Source of the DNA: the human T2T-CHM13v2.0 reference genome, Homo sapiens
Assembly (NCBI RefSeq): GCF_009914755.1
Contig: NC_060929.1
Direction: 5' to 3' (one strand)
Length of the DNA: 64,000 bases
The notes under the pieces were generated by a model. The model saw only the letters and a program-made list of their open reading frames with translations. It did not search any database and had not been told where the DNA came from. Positions 52,730 to 64,000 of the stretch are shown piece after piece (position 1 is the stretch's first letter; every line of letters begins with the position of its first letter). The position numbers and the translations under genes were made by a program.

Positions 52730-55560
52730 CAATGGGCAAAGGGAAATGATCAGACATTTCAGGGACTACTGGACACTGGCTCTGAGCTGACGTTAATTCC
52801 AGGGGGACCCAAAACATAATTGTGTTCCTCCAGTGAAAGTAGGGGCTTACAGAGGTCAGGTAATTAATGCAGTTTTAGCTCTGGTCTGACTTACAGTGGG
52901 TCCACTGGGTCCCCAGACTCATCCTGTGGTCATTTCCCCAGTGCCAGAATGCATAATTGGCATAGACATCCTTCGCAGCTGGCAGAACCCCCACATTGGC
53001 TCCCTGACTTGTAGGGTGAGAGCTGTTATGGTGGGAAAGGCCAAATGGAAGCCATTAGAGATGCCTCTACCTAGAAATATAGTAAATAAAAAACAATGTT
53101 GCATCCCCAGAGGGATTGTGGAGATCAGTGCCACCATCAAGGACTTGAAAGATGAAGGGGTGGTGAAAGATGTGGGGGTGGTGATTCCCACCACATCCCT
53201 GTTCAACTCTCCCGTTTGGCCTGTGCAGAAGACAGATGCATCTTGGAGAATGACAGTGGATTATCATAAGCTTAACTACGTGGTAACTCCAATTGCAGCT
53301 GCTGTACCAGATTTGGTTTCATTGCTTGAGCAAATTAACACATCTCCTTGGACCTGGCATGCAGCCATTGACTTGGCAAATGCCTTTTTCTCCATTCCTG
53401 TCCATAAGGCCTACCAGAAGCAATTTGCCTTCAGCTGGCAAGGCCAGAAATATACCTTCACTGTCCTACCTCAGGGGTATATAAACTCTCTGGCTTTGTG
53501 TCATAATCTTATTCAGAGAGACCTTGATTGCTTCTCACTTCCGCAATATATCACACTGGTCCTTTACATTGATGGCGTTATGTTGACTGGATCCAGTGAG
53601 CAAGAAGTAGCAAACACACTAGACTTACTGGTAAGACATTTGTGTGCCAGAGGATGGGAAATAAATCCAACTAAAATTCAGGGACTTTTTACCTCAGTAA
53701 AATTTCTAGGGGTCCAATGGTGTGGAGCCTGTCGAGATATTCCTTCCAAGGTGAAGGACAAGTTGCTGCATTTGGCCCCTCCTACAATCAAGGAAGAGGC
53801 ATGACGCCTAGTGAGCCTATTTGGATTTTGGAGGCAACACATTCCTCATTTGGATGTGTTTCTCTGGCTTATTGAGTCACCCAAGAGGCTGCCAGTTTTG
53901 AGTGGGGTCCAGAATGGGAGAAGGCTCTGCAACAGGTCCAGGCTGCTGTGCAAGCTGCTCTGCCACTTGGGCCATATGACCCAGAAGATCCAATGGTGCC
54001 TGAGGTGTCAGTGGCAGATAGGGGTGCTGTTTGGAGTCTTTGACAAGTCCGCATAGGTGAATCACAGCAGAGGCCTCTAGGATATTGGAGCAGAGCCCTG
54101 CCATCTTCTGCAGTTAACTACTCTCCTTTTGAGAGTCAGCTCTTTGCCTGTTACTGGGCTTTCATGGAAACTGAATATTTGACTACAAGTCATCAAGTCA
54201 CCATGCAACCTGAACTGCCTGTCATGAACTGGGTGCTTTCTGACCCATCCAGCCATGAAGAGGGTCATGCATAGCAACAAAATCTGATCGGGCTCGAGCA
54301 AGTCCTGAAGGCACAAGTAAGTTACACGAGGAAGTGGCTCAAATGCCCATGGTCTCCACTCCTGCCACCCTGCCTTCTCTCCTCCAGCCTGCACCAAAGG
54401 CCTCATGGGGGAGTTCCCTATGATTAGTTGACTGAGGAAGAGAAGACTAGAACCTGATTCAATGAGGGTTCTGCACAACATGCAGGCACCACTCAAAAGT
54501 GGACAACTGCAGCACTACAGCCACTTTCCAGGACATCCCTGAAGGACAGCGGTGAAGGGAAATCTTCCCAGTGGGCAGAATTCCAAGCAGTGCACCTGGC
54601 TGTGCCCTTTTCATGGAAGGAGAAATGGTCAAATATACTATTATATACTGATTCACAGGTTGTAGCCAATGGTTTGGCTGGATGGTCAGGGACTTGGACG
54701 AAGTATGATTGGAAAATTAGTGACAAAGATATCTGGGGAAGAGCTATGTGGATAGATCTGAGTGGTCAAAAATTGTGAAGATATTTGTATCTTATGTGAG
54801 TGCTCACCAGTGGGTCACCTCAGTAGAGGAGGATTTTAATAATCAAGTGAATAGGATGACCCTATTCACTCAGCTTCTGTCCACAGCCATCCCTGTCATC
54901 ACCCAATGGGCTCATAAGCAAAGTGGCCATGGTGGCAGGGATGGAGGTTATGCATGGGTTCAGCAACATGGACTTCCACTCACCAAGGCTCTCCTGGCTA
55001 TGGCCACAGCTGAGTGCCCAATTTGCCAGCAGCGAGACTAACACTGAGCCCTTGATACGGCACCATTCCTTGGGGTGATCAGCCAGCTACCTGGTGGCAG
55101 GTTGATTATATTGGACCTCTTCCATCATGGAAAGGGCAGTGGTTTGTCCTCACTGGAACAGACACTCCAGATACAGGTTTGCCTATCTTGCATGCAATAC
55201 TTCTGCCAAGACTACCACCCATGGACTCATGGAATTCCTTATCCACCATCATGGTATTCCACACAGCATTGCCTCTGACCAAGACACTCCCCTTATGGCT
55301 AATGAAGTGCGGCAGTAGGCTCATGCTCATGGAATTCACTGGTCTTACCATGTTCCCCATCATCCTGAAGCAACTGGATAGAATGGTGGAATGGCCTTTT
55401 GAAGTCACAATTACAAAGCTGACTAGGTGACAATGCTTTGCAGGGCTGGGGCAAAGTTTTACAGAAGGTCGTGTATGCCTTGAATCAGCATCCAATATAT
55501 GGTACTGATTCTCCCATAGCCAGGATTCATGGGTCAAGGAATAAAGGAAGTGGAAGTGGT
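52730..55560 (+). pseudogene. pol: HERV-L pro-pol pseudogene (protease, RT, RNase H, integrase)
   Basis: Protease GLLDTGSELTLIP (~52762); RT in ORF 52896-53804 ([27 protein letters not shown]); RNase H LYTDSQVVANG; IN HKQSGHGG..CPIC and IPHSIASDQ; disrupted. Confidence 0.93.
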
Positions 55561-55679
55561 ACCACTCGCCATCACCACTAGCGATTCACTAGCAAAATCT
55601 TTGCTTCCTTTTCCCACAACGTTACGTTCTGCTGGCTTTGAAGTATTAGTTCCAGAAGGAGGAGCATTGCCAACATGAG

Positions 55680-55933
55680 ACACAACACCAATTCCATCAA
55701 GTTGGAAGTTAAGATTGCCACCTGGACACTTTGGCCTCCTTCCACCTTTAAGTCAAAAGGCTAAGAAGGGAGTTAGAGCATTGGCTGGGGTGATTGACTC
55801 AGACTATCAAGATGAAATCAGTCTACTACTCCACAATGGAGGTAAGGAAGAGTATGTGTGGAATACAGGATACCCTTTAGGGCATCTCTTAGTATTATTG
55901 CCATGTCCTGTGATTAAGGTCAACGGGAAATGA
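55680..55933 (+). pseudogene. HERV-L dUTPase remnant
   Basis: PPGHFGLL...AGVIDSDYQDEISLLLHN (dUTPase motif 3-like GVIDxDY), downstream of IN. Confidence 0.85.
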
Positions 55934-56434
55934 CAATAGCCCAATCCAGGCAGAACAACAAATGGCCCAGACCCTTTAGGGATGAAGGTTTGGGACACTC
56001 CAAAAGGGGGGGAAAAAAAAAACACTACCTGCTGAGGTGCTCGCTGAAGGCAAAGGGAACTCAAATGGGTAGTAGAAGAATGTAGTCATCAATACGAGTT
56101 ACAATCACGTGACCAATTGCAGAAACAAAGACTAATTGTCATGAGTATTTCCTCCTTCTTTTGTTAAAAACATGTTTGTGCATGTATATGCTTGTACTAA
56201 GAAAATATCTTAATTTTATTTATCACATGACATAAAATTTATTGACATCGTATCAGCATTTAGGTATTAACTTTCTCTAATAGTATTTGGGTGGGGCATA
56301 GGTGTGCGTTTCTGGTCGTATGAAGGATATTTGTATTCTGCTAGGTGTAATTATGACCTTATTATTATCTTTATTAGAATATTATGTATGATCTCAGGAG
56401 ATGTGTACAGGTTCAAGTTAACAAGGGGTTGACT

Positions 56435-58864
56435 TGTAATGGTTAATAATGAGTGTCAACTTGATTGGATTGAAGGATGCAAAGTATTGGTCCTGGGTGT
56501 GTCTGTGAGGGTGTTGCCAAAGGAGATTAACATTTGAGTCCCTGGGCTGGGAAACGTAGACCCACCCTTAATCTGGGTGGGCACCATCTAATCAGCTGCC
56601 AGCACAGCTAGAATATAAAGCAATCAGAAAAATGTGAAAAGACTGGACCGGCTTAGCCTTGCAGCCTACATCTTTTTCCTGTGCTGGATGCTTCCTGCCC
56701 TCAAACATTAGACTCCAAGTTCTTCAATTTTGGAACTTGGACTGGCTCTCCTTGCTCGTCAGCTTGCAGATGGCCTATTGTGGGACACTGTGATCATGTG
56801 AACTAATAGTTAATAAACTCCCTGTATTAGTCAATTTTTACCCTGCTGATAAAGAAGTACCTGAAACTGGGCAATTTACAAAAGAAAAGTTTAACTGGAC
56901 TTACAGTTCCACATGGCTGAGTGGAAGACAAAGAAGAGCAAGTCACCTCTTATATGGGTGAGAGCAGGCAAAGAGAGAGAGATTGTGCAGGGGAACTCCT
57001 CTTTTTGAAACCCTCAGATCTTGTGAGACATTTACTATTATGAGAAGAGCATGGGGAAGATGTGCCCTCATGATTCAATTACCTCCCACTGGGTCCCTTC
57101 CACAACACATGGGAATGCAAGAGGAGATTTGGGTGGGGACACATATTCCACCCCGGCCCCTCCCAAATCTCACATCCTCACTTTCAAAACCAATCATGCC
57201 TTCCCAACAGTCCCCCAAAGTCTTTACTCATTTCAGCACTAATCAAAAGCCCACAGTCCAAAGTCTTATCCAAGACAAAGCCAGTCCCTTCCACCTATGA
57301 GCCTGTAAAATCAGAAGTTGGATAGTTACTTTCTAGATAGAGTGGGGTTACAGGCATTGGATAAATACAGCCATTCCAAATGGGAGAAATTGGCCAAAAC
57401 AAAGGGACTACATGCCCCATTCAAGTATAAAATCCAGCAGGGCAGTCAAATGTTAAAGCTCCAAAATGATCTCCCCTTTGAATCCATGTCTCACATCCAG
57501 GTCATGCTGATGCAAGAGGTGGGTTCCCATGGTCTTGGGCAGCTCGACCCCTGTGGCCTGCAGAGTACAGCCTCCCTCTCAGCTGCTTTCATGGCCTAGC
57601 AATTGAGCATCTGTTGCCTTTTCAGGCAAACAGTGCAAGCTGTTGGTGGTTCTACCATTCTGGGGTCTGGAGGATGGTGGCCCTTTTCTCACAGCTCCAC
57701 TAGGCAGTGTCCCAGCAGGGACTTTGTGTGGGGGCAGAGCCCCCACATTTCCCTTCCACGCTGCCCTAGCAGAGGTCCTCCCTGACTGCCCCAGGCCCAT
57801 CAAACTTCTTCTTGGACACTGAGGTCATTCCATACATCTTCTGTACCTAGGCGGATGTTCCCAAATCCCAATTCTTCACTTCTGTGCACTCACAGGCTCA
57901 ATACCATGTGAAAGCTGCCAAGGCTTGAGGCTTACACCCTAGAAGCCACGGCCCGAGCTCTACATTGGCCCCTTTCAGATTGGCTGGAGCTGCTGGGACA
58001 CAGGGCACCAAGTCTCTAAACCACACACAGCACAGGGATCCTTGGCTGGGCCCACAAAACCATTTTCTTCTAGGTCTCTGTGCCTGTGATGGGAGGGGCT
58101 GCTGTGAAGACCTCTGACATGCCCTGGAGACATTTTCCCCATTGTCTTGGGGATTAGCAATGGCTCCTCATTACTTATGCAAATTTCTGCAGCTGGCTTG
58201 AATTTCTCCTCAGAAAATGGGTTTTTCTTTTCTATTACATTGTCAGGCTGCAAATTTTCCCAACTTTTATCCTCTGCTTCCCTTATAAAACTGAATGCCT
58301 TTAACAGCACCCAAGTCACCTCTTGAATGCTTTGCTGCTTAGAAATTTCTTCTGCCAGATACCCTAAATCATCTCTCTCAACTTGACAGTTCCAGAAATC
58401 TCTAGGGCAGGGGAAAAATGCTGCCAGTCTCTTTGCTAAAATAAAACAAGAGTCACCTTTACTCCAGTTCCCAACATGTTCCTCATCTTCATCTGAGACC
58501 ACCTCAGCCTGGACCTCATTGTCCATATCACTATCAGGTTTTTGGTCAAAGCCATTCAACAAGTCTCTAGGGAGTTCCAAACTTTCCCACATTTTCTGTC
58601 TTCTTCTGAGCCCTCCAAACAATTCTAACCTCTGTTACCCAGTTCCAAAGTTACTTCCACATTTTGGGGTATCTTTTTAGCAATGCCTTACTCCTGGTAC
58701 CAACTTACTGTATTAGTCCTTTTTCATGCTGCTGATAAACACATAGCTGAGGCTCGGCAATACACAAAAGAAAGTGGTTTAATTGGACTTACAGTTCCAC
58801 TCCCATATATATATATATGTATGTATGTCTTATGATTTCTGTCTCTCTAGAGAACCCTAATACA
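56435..58864 (+). mobile_element. 3' MLT2A LTR, split into 56435-56822 and 58805-58864
   Basis: PPT aaggggttgact precedes tgtaatggttaata; AATAAA at 56812; the LTR resumes after THE1 and ends ctagagaaccctaataca. Confidence 0.92.
56823..58799 (-). mobile_element. THE1 (THE1B-like) MaLR element: 3' LTR 56823-~57143, internal ~57144-58708, truncated 5' LTR 58709-58799
   Basis: tgtattagtc...gctgataaa at both LTRs; PBS TGGTACCAGGAG on the minus strand at 58691-58702; internal ORF 57975-58622 (MWESLELPRDLLNGFDQ, typical THE1-int); TSD ctccc. Confidence 0.95.
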
Positions 58865-58949
58865 TACCCATTTTAGGTTGAACTACAAGAAAAAGAATAT
58901 GTATTTTAGATAAATATATTAAATTTACTTTAATCCCCTCCTGAAATTT

Positions 58950-60620
<1,671 letters not shown>

Positions 60621-63344
60621 GAATAAAAATGGAGTAGACAGAGTAAAGGAAAATGAGAATGGGGAAAATGAACAAAAGGAAAAAATAGATAAGATATATG
60701 GTGCCAAAACTGCTAAAGAGAGTGTGCCATGATATGAGTAATATATTAACACCCAGATCCTGAAGTTCAGAGAGAAGGACTGCATCGTTTCTCTAAGGTT
60801 CCACAGCCTGTAAGAGGCAAAGAAAATCTTGACCTCGGATCTTCTGAACCCAAGCCAATTCCTCTATTACCTAGTAACAGCAATGATTGTAAGAACATAT
60901 CTCACTTGACACAATAATCTAGTGGGTTAAACATGGTGGATCTTATTATCTCCATCTTACTACTTAACAGACCATGACTATCATTATACAACCAGTCCTA
61001 CAGTTAATAGTTGGTACATCTTGAACTTGAAATATGGGGCATCTGTTTCCATGGGGCACTCTTTCCACTATATCATCATTCTTTCAGTAAGTTATGGTCT
61101 CATATCACATAATTATCTCCTTTGAGGGTTATTTTAGAATAAATGTGGTTTTAGTTCAACACTATTTGTTGAATAATTGGTAGCAAGGATACATAAATTT
61201 TTAATAGTTTTTTTCTTCCAAATGTATTTTAGGTTCAAGAGAGTACATGTCCAGGTTAACATTAAAATGCATTTTGTTTTGTTTTCTCAGATAAGGATCT
61301 CTAATAATTCAGACAAAGAAGACAGAAAATCTTTCTACTTTGCTTATGGACAAATATGTCCTAGACTTACAACACCAGAATTTCTGCTTTCTAAATGTAA
61401 ATAGTTTAAGGCAGTGATACTAAGGCAATGTAAATTGGGCAGAAAAAAAGTTATTAAAAAGGCAAAACAACAATGATAATGTTATAAAAACTTTATCTCT
61501 GCACCTTTGAGACTTCACCGACCTTGTTTGTTTTCCTCCTAGAGGCCAGTTTGGGCGATTTTTCAGAACAAATAAAAAAATCAGGAAATGTACAAGATAT
61601 TTAGAAGTTAAAAAATGTGTTTCCAAAAAAAACACAAAAAATACTAAATGCAGGGCATAATAACGAATTAGAAAAATACCATCATGGGCACTGGAAGACT
61701 GAGAAAATTGTTGCATGCCTGGAAAAATCTGAATAGGCACCATGTAACAGAACAAGATATTCTAGGAAAACATCCTTGTTCTTTGAGATATATGCAAATT
61801 GTTTAGGAATGGAATGTCAAGGGAAAGTTAACAAAGCTATAAAAATACAAACAAATCATGAGCTTAGATGAAGTGTATGCAGGAATTAATGGAATTATTC
61901 TTGTAACTTTTCTGGAGGGTTAGAAATTATATAATGTGAACATAATAAGTTATTACATAAAATATTTTAAGTGTCAGCTTAATGCAATAGTCATTAAAGA
62001 AGTATTTTTATGGTTTCTTTGGACTCCATTAATCCACTAATCTAGAACAATCCCACTCCTCTTTTTTTTCAGTCCTTCATGATACTAACAGTACATTGTG
62101 CAGAATGTCTCTCAATTTGATTGTTTTTACAATGTTTTACACAAATAAAAAAATCTTTGCATTAATATTGCCAATTCATATTACATCATTTTTATTGCAC
62201 AAGAGGCCATATGATATAAGCTTGTGTCAGCATTAGTAATACTGCATTTTAGCTTTTATTTCAGGTGCTGTTTAACATACTTATTCCCTGTGAAGGTACC
62301 TCTTATTTATATATATAGGTATAAGCTGGGTGACATAAAGGGACTATATAACAAACAGGTTTCTAAATTTTTTCTCCAATAATTTTAACATTCATTGATA
62401 ATTCCTGCTGGAATTGATTATTACCACAGTGGTTGTGAAAAGATTTTTTCTAGTATTTATTTACTTGTTAGTTTGTATTCTTGTGTAAAGAGGGCTTTAC
62501 TGCCCCCTTTCATTTTTAATTTTTGTGAAGAAATTTTCAGATATTTTCTATATATATATTAAATGCAAGGTTATGATTTGTTTAAATAGATAACTCTCCT
62601 ATAAAGAAAACAGGAAAAGAAAGATTTGAATATTTTCCCACCCTATTACATTTTTTATTATTTTCCTACAGCCTCTTATTGTTAAGTTTCATGGTTATAT
62701 GTTACATGTATTTACTCTCCAAGAAGATACAAGCTCTTTTAGAGATCATCTTACATGTCTACATTGCTTGCTAAGAATTGTCATAAGGCATAAACAGTGC
62801 TCCAAAAATATCTATTGAATGAATTAATTTTCAAACATATTTGATGATTAAATGAATTTATAATGTCTTAAAAATTCCTACAACAGTAGTTTTTTTAATC
62901 TTTTACTTTTGCATTTATAATAATAATAAATTTACTTAAATTCTAAATAAATGCAAAAGGAAAAAATAAAAAGCGGTGAAGAAATTAGTCTTACAGAAAT
63001 TAATGTTTTGCCAACTAAGAAAGTTACATGTATTTAAAGAAGATTCTTTACAAAAATATCAAATGCTCGATTCATAGATATAAGACAATGGAAGAAGGAA
63101 AAAAAGAAATATTCAAGAGAAACTTAAATTCTAGTATTAGAAAATACAACGTATACAGCAAATTGTGCTTCTACATTGAAAAATATAAACTGCTTCTCAG
63201 GCTAAATTATGTAATGTTAATAATAACAAGGAAAAATGTATTTGAATCTGCATTTGTCCTATAAAATCCAATAAAAGAAAAAATATACAAGTATCATATA
63301 AGAAGCCCAAAGTAGATGAAACTAGACTAATAGTAACTCTAAAT

Positions 63345-63800
63345 ATGCAACAATATGGACAAAACCAGAGGACATTATGTTGAGTGAAATAAGCCAGGCA
63401 TAGAAAGACAAATGTCACATATTCTTACTTATAGTGGGAGCTAAAATAGTGATTTCATGGAGGTAGTGAACAGAATGGTGTTACTAGAGGGTAGGAGGGC
63501 AGAGCGGGATAAAGAGGGGTTGGTTAATGGGTACACAAGTACAGTTAGAGAGAAGGAAGAAGACCTAGTGTTTGGTAACACAATAGGGCGACTATAGTTA
63601 ACAATAATTTATTGCATCTTTCAAAATAACTAAATGAGTAGATTCTAAGTGTTCCTAGAACAAAGATATAATAAATGTTTGAAGTGATGGATATTCCAAT
63701 TACCCAAATTTGATCATTACACATTGTATGCTCATACTGAAATATAATATGTACAACATAAATATGTACAACTATTATGTATCTATAAAAATTGTAAAAT
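63345..63800 (+). mobile_element. L1MA (MA5-7-like) 3' end
   Basis: gaggacattatgttgagtgaaataagccaggcatagaaagacaaat...tttgatcattacacattgtat. Confidence 0.88.
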
Positions 63801-63809
63801 ATTCTAGTA

Positions 63810-63925
63810 GCATCCTGAATTCTATATCCTTACCCTCTTGGCATGGAATGAACCAACAATTAAGGACCACTGTGTCTAGATGCAGATAATACATTACCTC
63901 AGGGTATTATTAGAAATTACACATA
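63810..63925. mobile_element. MER5-like hAT MITE fragment
   Basis: aaggaccactgtgtctaga and attacctcagggtattattagaaat; weak match. Confidence 0.3.
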
Positions 63926-64000
63926 AAATAATAACATTAAACAAAAAAGTTATAAAGAAAATCCGAGCATATTATATATGTTAATCAATCCTCACAATAC

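Larger units (their letters stand above)
50601..58864 (+). mobile_element. Near full-length HERV-L provirus (MLT2A LTRs, no env) with nested THE1
   Basis: Order is LTR, PBS, gag, pro, RT, RNaseH, IN, dUTPase, PPT, LTR. dUTPase after IN and absence of env are characteristic of ERV-L. Confidence 0.97.

Noticed and set aside
57975-58622. 215-aa ORF as a novel protein
   Set aside because: It is the known THE1 internal ORF remnant, and its C-terminal part appears frameshifted.

Overview
This is AT-rich, CpG-depleted, repeat-dense primate genomic DNA. AluY, AluS, L1PA, THE1 and MLT2A/HERV-L elements point to a catarrhine (human-like) genome. I find no host protein-coding gene, RNA gene, CpG island or CRISPR-like array; every ORF with recognisable similarity is a broken retroelement or transposon frame. 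The main contents are: a truncated minus-strand HERV-L (5' LTR + gag, 2.6-4.8 kb) abutting an internally deleted LTR16 provirus; a near full-length plus-strand HERV-L (50.6-58.9 kb; gag-pro-RT-RNaseH-IN-dUTPase, all defective) with a THE1 MaLR element nested in its 3' LTR; two twin-primed 5'-inverted L1 insertions; six Alus, four of them in two head-to-head pairs; several MaLR/ERVL solo LTRs; and DNA-transposon fossils (Tigger2, MER58, Charlie4-like, MADE1, MER53, a Blackjack-like hAT transposase). I see no evidence for a new gene system. The most notable observations are mechanistic scars and possible regulatory elements: a THE1 with a truncated LTR but intact TSD, convergent DUX4-motif LTRs, templated and fold-back insertions, an unexplained ~250-bp direct repeat, and a candidate conserved non-coding element. 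Subfamily names come from my recall of consensus sequences and need RepeatMasker/Dfam confirmation.
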